A DNA stretch of 64,000 nucleotides from Acidobacteriota bacterium (lineage in GTDB: Bacteria; Acidobacteriota; Vicinamibacteria; Vicinamibacterales; UBA2999). The position numbers and the translations under genes are program-made. The notes under the pieces are model-generated. The model worked only from the letters and a program-made list of their open reading frames with translations. It did no database searches and had not been told where the DNA came from. Every line of letters starts with the position of its first letter. Positions within the stretch are counted from its first letter, which is position 1. The stretch spans positions 2,498 through 66,497 of the forward strand of contig JBKPAJ010000062.1 of NCBI GenBank assembly GCA_046726375.1, written 5' to 3'. Below, piece by piece: positions 29,044 through 38,448 of the stretch.

Positions 29044-31985
29044 TGGTGAGTTCCCCCATGCAGGCCGTGCTGTCGCGCGCCACTGGCCATCTCGAGCGTG
29101 GACAGGCGCCTGCGGCAGTCGAGATTCTTTCTCCCATTCTCCAAACGTCCCTCAAAAAAGACGACGAGCTCGCAATCAAGTGCTCGCTGGCAGAGGCGCT
29201 TTTGCTGTTGGGCGATCTGTCCCAAGCGAACACCGTCTTGGGGCGGTCACCCGACACGATTCGTGAGGCCGTTCCACCGGTTCTGCTGTCTACTCTGTGG
29301 CGCCTACACGGTCGCGTGGCGTTCGGCCGGGGTGAACAATCGCGCGCGATCGCGCTCCATGGCCGCGCGCTCAAGCAGGCGCAGATTGCGCACGATTCGC
29401 GCGCGATCGGGCGCGCGCACTACGAACTCGCGCTCTGCTACAAGCAAGTCGGCGACATGACCATCGTGCGCGAGCACATCGCCGAAGCCGCCGCGGCGCT
29501 GCATGCCGCCGGCGACCGGCGCCACCTGGCGCAGGTGCATGCGCTATCCGGCACGATGCTCGCGCAGAGTGGCCGCTACGACGAAGCCACCGCCGCGTTG
29601 CGTCAGGCCGAGCGGCAAGCCACCTCGCTCTCGGCGGACGATGTCCTCGCCACAGTCTGCGGCAATCAGGCGATTGTCGCGATGCTGCGCCATCGCTACG
29701 AGCAAGCTTACGCGCTCGCGGAGCGCGCCGTCGCCTTGCAGGAGGGACTCGGCCAGCCTCCCGGCCTTGCCGTGTCCCTCGCCACACTTGGACAGATCTG
29801 CGTGCGCATGGGCAACCTCACGCGCGCCGAAACGGTGCTGCACCGCGCGCTGCAGGTGCGGAGCGCCGTGCAGTTTCACGAGACCACCGGCGCCGTCTAC
29901 GACACGCTGGCGCAGATGTCGCTGATGCGCGGCGACTACGAGCATGCGTCCGAATATCTTCACCGCGCCGCCGAAGCGTATGGCGCGTATGGACGTCAAA
30001 CCAGCTCGTGGTACGAGTGGTCGGTGCGCATCATCTCGGCGCGCCTCGCCACACGTCGCGGCACTCCCGACGCCGCGCTTGCGATCGCCGACGAAATCGC
30101 GCGTTCGTTGGTGGCGCCGCCGGCCGAAGTGATCGAAGCGGAGCTGATCGCCGTCGAGGCGCTGCTCGCCGCAAATCGGCTCGAAGAGGCGGAGCATCGG
30201 CTCGATCACGTCGAGAGCCGGGTGGATGCGCGCAACATGCCTGGCGCCTGGGGTGAGTTCCTGCGGCTGCGCGGCGATCTGCGCTCTCGTCAAAACCGCA
30301 CGACCGAGGCGTATCACGATATCGCGCAGAGCTCGAGTGTCTTCGAGCTCGTCGGCGAACGCTATCAATCAGGCGTCAGTCAGCTCGCGCTCGGCCGTCT
30401 CGCGGCGCACGTCGGCGCACGTTCGACCGCCGATCGCCACTTCGAGCAGGCGGCGCAGGTGTTCAAGTCGCTCGGCGCGCAGCGCGATCTCGAAGAGGCG
30501 GCCGCGGCGATGTCAGCGCCGCTGCCGGTCGGCACTGGCGAATACGTCGGCTCCCCCGCCGATGCCGACGACGCGTTGGTGCGACGGCTCGTGGATGCCG
30601 CGATTCTTCCCGAGTTGCTCGCGCGCGAGCTGACCGCAGCGGTGCTCGAAGCAGTCGCCGCCGATGTTGTCGTTGTGTTTGCGCAGCTGTCTGGAGGTGA
30701 CATCCGACTGATTGCGCACAGCGGATCGGATGTCGACGCTGCGCGCTCTGTCGCGCGCAACGCCGTGCAAGGCAACGCCAACGGCAACGGCGTGGTCATC
30801 GAGAACATCGGACGCGAACCCGAGGGACCACGTCTGCTGGTGGTGGCGTCCAACCGCGCGATGAGTCCGCATGTGTTGCGCCGCACTCGCATGATGGCCG
30901 CGGTGGCGCGGCAAGGGTTCGATTTGTGCGGGGCGCGCGAGCGGCCGACGCAAGCGGCGGACGCGCCCACGGAACGTCCGCTGGAACCGCTGCTCCCCGG
31001 CTTCGTCTGCGCGAGCGCCGCCATGTCACGCGTCGTCGATCAGATTCAGCGCCTGCAGGGCAACGACCTGACCGTCCTCATCACCGGTGAGAGCGGCACA
31101 GGCAAAGAGTTGGTGGCGCGCGCAATCCATGTCGGTTCGCCACGCAGCGCCGCCGTGTTTCTTCCCTATAACTGCACGACCACGACGCGCGAACTCGCGG
31201 ACAGCCAGCTTTTCGGGCATCGGCGCGGCGCGTTCACCGGCGCTGTCTCGGATCAACCGGGACTGGTGCGCACGGCGGCGGGCGGCACGCTGTTCCTCGA
31301 CGAAGTTGGCGATCTTCCGCTCGACGTCCAACCAAAGCTTTTGCGCTTTCTCGAACAGGGCGAGATCATGCCTGTTGGCGAGACGCGGCCGCAGCGTGTC
31401 GATGTCCGTGTGATCACCGCCACCAACGCTGATCTCGAGCAACGGGTGGCCGAGGGGAAGTTTCGCGAAGACTTGTATTACCGCTTGAGCGTGATTCGCA
31501 TTCACGTGCCGCCGCTGCGCCAGCGGCGCGAGGAAATACCGCATCTGAGCACGTTTTTCCTGCGCGAAGCCTCCGAGCGGTTGGGCAAACCTGATATTCA
31601 GCTCAGTTCAGATGTACTCGGACTGTTCGCCAGCTATTGGTGGCCGGGCAACGTCCGGCAGCTCCGCAATGAAGTCCAGCGGGCGGTCGCCATGGCGCCG
31701 GCCGGGGGCCTGATTGCGCCGGAACACCTCTCGCCTGACCTCAGCGAGCAGCAGCCGACGCCTTCCGGGCAAACGTCTGGCCCACCGAGAATCGCGCTCC
31801 GCGGCGGGCAAACGCTCGCCTCCGTCGTTGACGATATCGAACGGGATCTTATTCGAGACACGCTCGCCCGCCACCGCGGCAATATTTCCGAGAGCGCCCG
31901 CTCCCTCGGACTTACTCGTCGCGGACTTTACCTAAAGTTGAGGCGGCTCGGCTTGGAAAGCCCAGCAGAAATGAATACTAAGTAG
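29043..31985 (+). CDS. Sigma-54-dependent transcriptional activator with long TPR-like and GAF-like N-terminal region
   Basis: AAA+ core: VLITGESGTGKELVARAIH, GAFTGA, LFLDEVGDL, RVITATN, REDLYYRL. C-terminal Fis-type HTH (NISESARSLGLTRRGLYLKLRRLG). The N-terminal ~500 aa are helical repeats. Confidence 0.9.
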   Translation: MVSSPMQAVLSRATGHLERGQAPAAVEILSPILQTSLKKDDELAIKCSLAEALLLLGDLSQANTVLGRSPDTIREAVPPVLLSTLWRLHGRVAFGRGEQSRAIALHGRALKQAQIAHDSRAIGRAHYELALCYKQVGDMTIVREHIAEAAAALHAAGDRRHLAQVHALSGTMLAQSGRYDEATAALRQAERQATSLSADDVLATVCGNQAIVAMLRHRYEQAYALAERAVALQEGLGQPPGLAVSLATLGQICVRMGNLTRAETVLHRALQVRSAVQFHETTGAVYDTLAQMSLMRGDYEHASEYLHRAAEAYGAYGRQTSSWYEWSVRIISARLATRRGTPDAALAIADEIARSLVAPPAEVIEAELIAVEALLAANRLEEAEHRLDHVESRVDARNMPGAWGEFLRLRGDLRSRQNRTTEAYHDIAQSSSVFELVGERYQSGVSQLALGRLAAHVGARSTADRHFEQAAQVFKSLGAQRDLEEAAAAMSAPLPVGTGEYVGSPADADDALVRRLVDAAILPELLARELTAAVLEAVAADVVVVFAQLSGGDIRLIAHSGSDVDAARSVARNAVQGNANGNGVVIENIGREPEGPRLLVVASNRAMSPHVLRRTRMMAAVARQGFDLCGARERPTQAADAPTERPLEPLLPGFVCASAAMSRVVDQIQRLQGNDLTVLITGESGTGKELVARAIHVGSPRSAAVFLPYNCTTTTRELADSQLFGHRRGAFTGAVSDQPGLVRTAAGGTLFLDEVGDLPLDVQPKLLRFLEQGEIMPVGETRPQRVDVRVITATNADLEQRVAEGKFREDLYYRLSVIRIHVPPLRQRREEIPHLSTFFLREASERLGKPDIQLSSDVLGLFASYWWPGNVRQLRNEVQRAVAMAPAGGLIAPEHLSPDLSEQQPTPSGQTSGPPRIALRGGQTLASVVDDIERDLIRDTLARHRGNISESARSLGLTRRGLYLKLRRLGLESPAEMNTK

Positions 31986-32001
31986 CCGGTTACCGGTCGC
32001 G

Positions 32002-32022
32002 CTGGATACTAGGTATTCTCGC
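32002..32022 (+). repeat. Direct repeat of the 29018-29040 segment
   Basis: CTGGATACTAGGTATTCTCGC versus CTGGATACTTGGTATACTCTCGC. Both contain ATAC-N3-GTAT. Confidence 0.7.
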
Positions 32023-32195
32023 TGTGTTCGGAAATAGCTCGACGTTCTGTCATTTAAAGTCATCTATTTACATCTCAACGACACAAGATATCCAGTGTAA
32101 GTCGTTGCACGCAGATTCGGCCTGAAGTTTGGAATAGTGCGCAACGCGAGGAAGCGCTCGTTCTGCGCGCTCTCTCCACCAACCAACCGAATTCC

Positions 32196-32615
32196 TTGGG
32201 GGACACTGTGGCCGATACACGTCTGACGCCACTCACTCGCCAGCGCTCATCTGAGCGTCGGCGCCTGTCACTTGCCGCGCGCCTGACCTGGAAAGATGCC
32301 TCGGGCGCTATTCGCTTCGCCTCGGTGACGACCCGCGACATCAGTGAGGCCGGGGTCTTCGTCGAAGCGGACGGGGCGGCCGCGATTCCTCTCTATCGGC
32401 TCGTGCACGTGCAACTCGAACGCGGCGCGCGCGACGCCGAAGGCGTTCCGAATCGGCTGCGCGAAGGGCGTGTCCTCTCCGCGGTGTGGCGTGTGGGCCC
32501 GTGCCGGTCTACCACGGGCACGCCGTCGGGCTACGCATTGCGCTTCCTGGTGGAGCCGCAGCACAATGCTGGTGTCAGCCATGCCGCCCCCGCGCGCATG
32601 GCCGTCGCCAGTTGA
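32196..32615 (+). CDS. PilZ-domain protein
   Basis: SERRRLSL (RxxxR) and TRDISEAGVFV (D-x-S-x-x-G), spaced as in PilZ c-di-GMP binding domains. Confidence 0.7.
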   Translation: MGDTVADTRLTPLTRQRSSERRRLSLAARLTWKDASGAIRFASVTTRDISEAGVFVEADGAAAIPLYRLVHVQLERGARDAEGVPNRLREGRVLSAVWRVGPCRSTTGTPSGYALRFLVEPQHNAGVSHAAPARMAVAS

Positions 32616-33856
32616 TCAAACTCTCAGCAGTCGCCATCGCCGCTGCGGTCGTCATCGTCTGGATGACCGCGGCGCGCGTTCCACAGTCAATCGCCCCGCT
32701 ACGCGCGCTTCCCACTCCAGCGGCAGCGCCACGCGCACAACCGCAACTCGTCGTCGATCACGACGGACGTGTCGTTCTCAGCTGGCTCGAGGATGCGGGC
32801 AAGACCACCTCGCGCGCGTTCCGCTACGCGTATCGCGATGGGGATCGGTGGACCGAGCCGAGCACGATCGTCGAACGCGATCGGTTCTTCGTGAACTGGG
32901 CGGACGTCCCGTCGGTGTTCCCGATGGGCGGTGGAAAGCTGGCGGCGCATTGGCTGCAATACAACGGTCCGGGTCACTACGCCTACGACGTGCGCATCTC
33001 GACGTCGGACGCCCAGGGTAAGAACTGGTCGGCCGATGCGGCGCCGCATCGCGATGGGACAAACGCCGAGCACGGGTTCGCGTCGTTCTTCGAATGGCCA
33101 GGCGGCGGCACCGGCGTGGTGTGGCTGGACGGGCGGGAGACGATCGGTTCGCACGACTCGAGCCATGGTGGCGATCACAACGCCGAACCGCGCGGATCGA
33201 TGACCCTCCGTGCCACGCGCATCGCGCCTGACGGCACCATCGGTGAAGAGGTGAAACTCGATGGGCGCGTTTGCGAGTGCTGCCCGACGACGGCCGTCGC
33301 GACGACCCGCGGCGCGGTCGTTGCCTACCGTGATCGGTCGGATCGCGAGGTGCGCGACATCGGTGTGATTCGCCTCGAGAACGGCCAGTGGCAAGAACCG
33401 GCGCTCGTACATGCCGACAACTGGAACCTCAACGCGTGCCCTGTAAACGGACCTGCGCTTGCCGCCACCGGGGATCGCGTGGCGCTGGCGTGGTTCACTG
33501 CCGAAGGCGACCGGCCGCGCGTCAACGTCGCGTTCTCATCCGATGCGGGCAACACCTGGGCAGCGCCGATCCGCGTGGACGAATCAAAATCGCTCGGCCG
33601 CGTCGACGCTGTGATGCTGGAAGACGGCCGCGCGGTTGTCATGTGGATAGAGCATCTTGATAACGGCTCCGAGCTGCGCGCGCGGGTTGTGAACGCCGAC
33701 GGCACGCGCGAGCCGTACGTGACCATCGCCGCCACGACCGCCGATCGCGCGAGCGGCTACGCGCGAATGGTGCGCACGGGCAACGAGCTGGTGTTCGCCT
33801 GGGTTTCGCCGAAGCCGACTTCGCAGATTCGGACCGCGGTCGCCACAGTGCAGTGA
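32612..33856 (+). CDS. Secreted/anchored BNR (sialidase-fold) repeat protein
   Basis: TM anchor (LSAVAIAAAVVIVWM). Repeated S-x-D-x-G-x-x-W-like motifs (STSDAQGKNW, SSDAGNTWAAP). Start uncertain: a TTG overlapping the PilZ stop, or a downstream ATG. Confidence 0.65.
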   Translation: MIKLSAVAIAAAVVIVWMTAARVPQSIAPLRALPTPAAAPRAQPQLVVDHDGRVVLSWLEDAGKTTSRAFRYAYRDGDRWTEPSTIVERDRFFVNWADVPSVFPMGGGKLAAHWLQYNGPGHYAYDVRISTSDAQGKNWSADAAPHRDGTNAEHGFASFFEWPGGGTGVVWLDGRETIGSHDSSHGGDHNAEPRGSMTLRATRIAPDGTIGEEVKLDGRVCECCPTTAVATTRGAVVAYRDRSDREVRDIGVIRLENGQWQEPALVHADNWNLNACPVNGPALAATGDRVALAWFTAEGDRPRVNVAFSSDAGNTWAAPIRVDESKSLGRVDAVMLEDGRAVVMWIEHLDNGSELRARVVNADGTREPYVTIAATTADRASGYARMVRTGNELVFAWVSPKPTSQIRTAVATVQ

Positions 33857-33978
33857 CCACTACACGGTTCGGAAGGCCTGCGCGGATTGCGCGGAGTACG
33901 CGGAACGGGGAACGGCAAATTGCACCGATTTGGATTCGAAGGACTGCGATCTCGCAAACCGTGACTTGAGATCGATAT

Positions 33979-34302
33979 ATGAAGCTGAAATACGTCTACC
34001 TGGCGCTGTGCGTCCTTGGCACCGTGTGGCCCTACCTTCAGTTCATCGAATTCCTGCGCGACAACGGTTTAGACCTACGGGTATTTCACGATCAACTCTT
34101 CCGCAGCCATGCGAGCGCGTTCTTCGTCCTCGACGTGATCGTCTCATCGATCGTCCTGTGGGTACTCGTCTTCACTGAAGGTCGAAGATTGGGGATGCGT
34201 CACCTCTGGGCGCCCGTGGTCGCGAACCTCGCGGTGGGCGTGTCGCTGGGTTTGCCGCTCTTCCTCTATCTTCGGGAGAGACAGCTCGAAAAATCTGCGT
34301 GA
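33979..34302 (+). CDS. Small membrane protein (DUF2834-like)
   Basis: 107 aa with 3-4 TM helices (MKLKYVYLALCVLGTVWPYLQFIEFL...). Confidence 0.6.
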   Translation: MKLKYVYLALCVLGTVWPYLQFIEFLRDNGLDLRVFHDQLFRSHASAFFVLDVIVSSIVLWVLVFTEGRRLGMRHLWAPVVANLAVGVSLGLPLFLYLRERQLEKSA

Positions 34303-34486
34303 TGGCCAATGGTTCGCTGGTGCAAACGCAAAGCTGATTCCGTTGAGACGATGCTCGTCGGCGCGATCCCGAGCCGCGTGAGATGCGCTGCTCCTTCTGC
34401 AACAGGCTTAGAACGAGGTTCGAAAACTCATTGCCGGGCCGACCGTGTTGAGTTCACGTACGAGACCGTTGACCAAGTGAGCGTAA

Positions 34487-35377
34487 TTACGCGGCGCGTT
34501 TGCGCCAGTAGCGCGCGAGCCCTAACCACAATTGATCGAACGGCGCGGCGGTTTCGAACGAGCGTGCTTCGTCTTCGGGCATGTCGCGCGCGATGTCCGC
34601 GCGCATCTCCTCGACGTAGCGCTTGATTCGATCGTCGTCCGTTCCCTCGGTCGCCAACGTGGCTTTCACGCGGCGCGCCGAGGTGTCCAGCACCTGGCGA
34701 AAGCGGCGCAGATGATCGGCCACGTCGTGCGCACGACCAAAGTGCGTGAGATAGAGCGCTGATGGTCGCCAGCTCTCGATTGTCTGCAGGCTGGCCGCCC
34801 ACGCTTCGAGGTCGATGTCAGGAGGCGGTGTCGGCGCCACGATGTAATCGCGCACGCGGCGGATGCCGGCGGTATCGCCCACGTAGGCAACGCCGCTGGA
34901 ATGATCGAGATAGCTGACGTGATGCGACGCGTGACCTGGCGTATATGCCACCTGCAGCGTCCGCCCGGTGAGATCGAGCCGCTCACCGCCGGTGAGCACG
35001 TGCAAACGATCGGCAGATACGGGACGCATCTCGCCCCAGAGTTCGTCCATGTGATCCCCGTACAGCCGGCGCGCGCTGTCCATTAGCTTGGTGGGATCGG
35101 CCATGTGCGGCGCGCCGCGCTGATGCACATAGACCGGCACGCCCGGCAATCGTGCGGCGAGGGTTCCGCTCGCACCGGCGTGATCGAGATGGATGTGCGT
35201 GAGCAGAAGCGCCTTGACGTCCTTCAACTCGTGACCGAGCGCCTGTAAACCGGACTCGAGCGTGTGCAGCGTGCTCGACGGACCGGGATCGATCAACGCG
35301 ATTCCAGACGGACCTTTGAGAACGGCGGTCGCGATCACGCGCGACCGGCCCTGAAAATGCAGGTCGATGGTTTTCAC
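34487..35377 (-). CDS. MBL-fold metallo-hydrolase
   Basis: LLTHIHLDHAGASG (HxHxDH) plus later His/Asp ligands. Confidence 0.85.
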   Translation of the reverse strand: MKTIDLHFQGRSRVIATAVLKGPSGIALIDPGPSSTLHTLESGLQALGHELKDVKALLLTHIHLDHAGASGTLAARLPGVPVYVHQRGAPHMADPTKLMDSARRLYGDHMDELWGEMRPVSADRLHVLTGGERLDLTGRTLQVAYTPGHASHHVSYLDHSSGVAYVGDTAGIRRVRDYIVAPTPPPDIDLEAWAASLQTIESWRPSALYLTHFGRAHDVADHLRRFRQVLDTSARRVKATLATEGTDDDRIKRYVEEMRADIARDMPEDEARSFETAAPFDQLWLGLARYWRKRAA

Positions 35378-35934
35378 TCGTGGTAACGGAGCGCGCGGAT
35401 GCTCTGCTGATATCGTCCATCTTCGCGCGGCACGAAGATTCTGCAGCCGTCCAGATTGCCGCCGTAGACATGAAGCGTGAGCGACGTGGCGTCCGGCTGC
35501 GCGTTGGCGAGCACGTGATAATCCGTTGGCGGAATCAATCGTCCCGCCGTGCCGACGCCAGCCGCGATTGGAGCGCCAATGGCGCGGACGCGGAACCCGT
35601 CAGCCTCGGGCTGCACATCGTACTGCGTCACCGCCATCTCGCCTTCCACGACGCCTTCCACGCACCACAGGCCGCCATGATCGTGGACGGGCGTGCCCTG
35701 CCCGGGTCCCCATGTCATGACGACTGCGGTATATCGCTGCTCGGGATCTTGATACAGCAATCGCCGCGCGTAGTAGTCCGATCGGGTCTGGCGGAACCGA
35801 TCGGGCAGCACCAACACGGATCGACCGAGCAGATCCTCGAGATCCGCCTTCACACGCGCCGTGATGGCCTCAGGCGAGCGCGCGGCAACCGCTTCGTCGA
35901 GCCGCGCAACCAGTTCTTGGAGTCCAGGACACAT
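35374..35934 (-). CDS. Cysteine dioxygenase type I-like cupin
   Basis: Cupin core (WGPGQGTPVHDHGGLWCVEGVVEGEM...TLHVYG). 4-nt overlap with the MBL gene. Confidence 0.65.
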   Translation of the reverse strand: MCPGLQELVARLDEAVAARSPEAITARVKADLEDLLGRSVLVLPDRFRQTRSDYYARRLLYQDPEQRYTAVVMTWGPGQGTPVHDHGGLWCVEGVVEGEMAVTQYDVQPEADGFRVRAIGAPIAAGVGTAGRLIPPTDYHVLANAQPDATSLTLHVYGGNLDGCRIFVPREDGRYQQSIRALRYHE

Positions 35935-36029
35935 GCGGTCAATTGTACGTCGCAGTGGTGCGCGGCGTGCCGTTCTTCAGGTTTTCTTCAAACAGCTTGA
36001 GAATCCGCTTGTATTCGTCTTGCAAGAGT

Positions 36030-36551
36030 CTAACGCAGCGCCCGGTAGGCGCCGAACAGCAGCTGATCGCGGACGCGGCCGTCTTTAACGCTGCTTTGCG
36101 GCAACCGGCCCTCGAGTGAGTAGCCCGCCTTCTGGAGCACGCGAATCGACCCTGGGTTGTCGGCGAACGGCAGCGCGAAGATGCGCAGCAGATCAAACCG
36201 CCGGAATATTTCGGGCGTGATCGCCGTCACCGCTTCGGTCATCACGCCTCGGCCCCAATACGCGCGACCGAGCCAGTAGCCGATTTCAGCAGAGACACGT
36301 TCGACGTCGGATTGCAACTCGAGGCCAATCCCCCCGGCCGCCTCGCCATCCACTTCAATCGCCCAGACGAGCGCCGGCGACTGTTTCCCCACGTACTCGA
36401 GAAACTTGCGCCCGTGCGCCTCGAGATACGGATATGGAAATCGATCGCGCAGTTGAATCCACACGTCGCGATCGTTGGCGTGCCGCACCAGCGCAGAAAG
36501 GTCGTCCGGATCCCACCGGCGCACCGTGCACGATTGCAGCGGCAGATGCAT
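36030..36551 (-). CDS. GNAT-family N-acetyltransferase (RimJ/RimL-like)
   Basis: IGYWLGRAYWGRGVMTEAV...NPGSIRVLQKAGY, typical acetyl-CoA binding motif A. Confidence 0.85.
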   Translation of the reverse strand: MHLPLQSCTVRRWDPDDLSALVRHANDRDVWIQLRDRFPYPYLEAHGRKFLEYVGKQSPALVWAIEVDGEAAGGIGLELQSDVERVSAEIGYWLGRAYWGRGVMTEAVTAITPEIFRRFDLLRIFALPFADNPGSIRVLQKAGYSLEGRLPQSSVKDGRVRDQLLFGAYRALR

Positions 36552-36556
36552 CGCGA

Positions 36557-37609
36557 TCAGTGTTTCTGCACACGTGGCGCCAGCGCGCGGATGCGGGCGA
36601 GAAGCGCCTGATCGTTTGGGAACAGGCCGGCAGCGGGCAGACGCAGCAGCAGTTCGGCCCAGATCGGTTCCTTCGCGAACACTTGCTTGAAGATCGGTTG
36701 CGCCTCTGCTTCGCGGCCGATCGACGCCAGCGTGACCGCATGCCGGAACGGCAGCTCCAGCACTTCAGGCGCGAGCCGGCTGGCAGCGGCGTATTCCTTG
36801 AGCGCGTCTTCGATGCGCTTTTCAGTCATCAGCTCGTCGCCGTGATTCGCGTGGTTGTACGCGCGCTGAAAACGCACCAGCCGCCGCAATTCTTTCAGCG
36901 GCTCCGGATGATCCTCGACGCGCAAATCGAACAGGCGATCGGCCCCCGACCAGGGACGGCCGCTCCCTTTCGCTTTCACCACCAGCAGTGCCGCCGACTG
37001 TTTGCCGCGCACGTCGCCGCCGACTGTCTGCGCGGCGTCGAGCGCCGCCATCAAGCGATCGGCAAGATCGCCTGCCACAGTCTCGTACGCGCGCGACATG
37101 GCCGGCCACACTTTGTCGTTGGCCATCATGTTTGCTTGAACCGAGTAGCCCGAACCCACGTAATGACCGGCGGCGGCGATTGCGGCTTTGCCCGTGTACG
37201 CGTCCACACGTCCGTGCGCATCTACCATTGCCACTTGCCGGCCGTCTGGCTGCGGATCCGCCTTGACCAGTTGCCGTAGCGCATCAGCCGCGCTCACGCC
37301 GTTGCGCATCAACTCGAGACCGCGCATGCCGTAAGCGGGATCGACAAACGACTGCGTGGCGACGGCGCCAACGCCCGCTTCCGCCCAGGTCACGATCGAG
37401 CCCACAGAGAACCAGTGCGACTGGACAGCGACGCCGATCTCACCGGTGGACGGGTCGCGCGCGACGATCGAAAAGGTATGAACCAGCGGATCGGCATGGG
37501 CGCGCCAGCCGTTCGTGAGAGCGAGCGTGGTGCAGGCGACAGCGAGCGCCGTGGTTCCGTGAAGTCTGATCACCGCTACACGGAACCACGGACCGCCATG
37601 AAAGATCAA
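36557..37609 (-). CDS. DUF1028 (Ntn-hydrolase-like) protein with C-terminal helical domain
   Basis: HTFSIVARDPSTGEIGVAVQSHWFSVGSIVTWAEAGVGAVATQS is the DUF1028 signature. N-terminal signal peptide. Confidence 0.8.
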   Translation of the reverse strand: MIFHGGPWFRVAVIRLHGTTALAVACTTLALTNGWRAHADPLVHTFSIVARDPSTGEIGVAVQSHWFSVGSIVTWAEAGVGAVATQSFVDPAYGMRGLELMRNGVSAADALRQLVKADPQPDGRQVAMVDAHGRVDAYTGKAAIAAAGHYVGSGYSVQANMMANDKVWPAMSRAYETVAGDLADRLMAALDAAQTVGGDVRGKQSAALLVVKAKGSGRPWSGADRLFDLRVEDHPEPLKELRRLVRFQRAYNHANHGDELMTEKRIEDALKEYAAASRLAPEVLELPFRHAVTLASIGREAEAQPIFKQVFAKEPIWAELLLRLPAAGLFPNDQALLARIRALAPRVQKH

Positions 37610-38226
37610 GAGATGGGAACGCGAACGGCGATCGGCGACGTGAGCCGCGTGGTCACGACTGTGCCGCGCGGCAACGCCACCTCTTTGCCGCGCGTGGCGA
37701 GCACAACGCCCGTCCCGCCTCCCGCTCCAGCCGCGCTGCCAATCGCCGCGCCTTTCTTGCCGCCCGCGATCGCACCGACCACCGCGCCCGCGCCTGCACC
37801 AACGCCAATCTTCACCGCGTCTTGTTTTTTCGTGCCGGGTGCCTGACGCGCAATCGTCGTCGTGTGAATGCTGTAGCGGGTGCCGTTGGCGCGGAGGGAG
37901 GTAAAGCGAACGCCAACGCGCGCGCGACCCTTGACGCGACCGGATCGCGTGGCCTCGGTAACGTAACCGCTCACAGGCGCACCCGCCGGCAACACGGAGG
38001 CGCCCCGCACCACAACGGGACGCCGCAACGTAGCATTGACCGCGTCCTCCACCGAGCTGCCCTTCGAGGACACGCCTGAGCTCAACACAAGGCTGAGTGT
38101 GGTTCCGGCTGGAACTGTCACCTCTCTATACCGTGTCTCGGAAGCCGTCGCAGCGGTCGTGAGCACCTCGGCCGGACCTAGTACGACGATAGAAGTTGCG
38201 AGAAAAGAGACGATAACGCTTCGCAT
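37606..38226 (-). CDS. Secreted hypothetical protein with glycine-zipper segment
   Basis: Signal peptide. GVGAGAGAVVGAIAGGKKGAAIGSAAGAGGGTGVV is a glycine zipper. Confidence 0.6.
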   Translation of the reverse strand: MRSVIVSFLATSIVVLGPAEVLTTAATASETRYREVTVPAGTTLSLVLSSGVSSKGSSVEDAVNATLRRPVVVRGASVLPAGAPVSGYVTEATRSGRVKGRARVGVRFTSLRANGTRYSIHTTTIARQAPGTKKQDAVKIGVGAGAGAVVGAIAGGKKGAAIGSAAGAGGGTGVVLATRGKEVALPRGTVVTTRLTSPIAVRVPIS

Positions 38227-38448
38227 ACGCCTCCTCTTATGAAGCTGCCGAGCTTAGCGCTCCAGCTGGCAGCAACAGGGCCGGTGCAAGCGACTCGCCA
38301 ACCAAGCCGCTGCGGACAGGCAGGTTTTGGGCAGCGCTCATCCCTGCGCCGACGTATGGACATGAGTGTGGACCCCCGTGGGAGTAAAGCGGTTGAGCTA
38401 GGATTGCGGAGAAGCCGGAACATAATGCCCACTTTCTCCGAGGCCCCG

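Noticed and set aside
28973-33872. Exact 13-mer CACTACACGGTTC at 28973-28985 and 33860-33872, with a related GCTACACGGAACC at ~37573.
   Set aside because: It is short and occurs in different contexts: a divergent promoter region, a position just after a stop codon, and a coding overlap. With only two exact copies I cannot distinguish a motif from chance or from the flanks of the TTCC/GGAA repeats.
33908-33925. GGAACGGCAAATTGCA upstream of the DUF2834 gene looked like a sigma-54 -24/-12 promoter. TTGGAATAGTGCGCAAC at ~32127-32143 upstream of the PilZ gene also looked like one.
   Set aside because: The GG-to-GC spacing is off by one (33908) or two (32127) nucleotides relative to TGGCACG-N4-TTGCW. 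The spacing is essentially invariant in real sigma-54 promoters.
34400-34440. GGTTCGAAA string reminiscent of a tRNA T-loop in the convergent spacer.
   Set aside because: The flanking bases do not form a T-stem, acceptor stem or anticodon arm on either strand.
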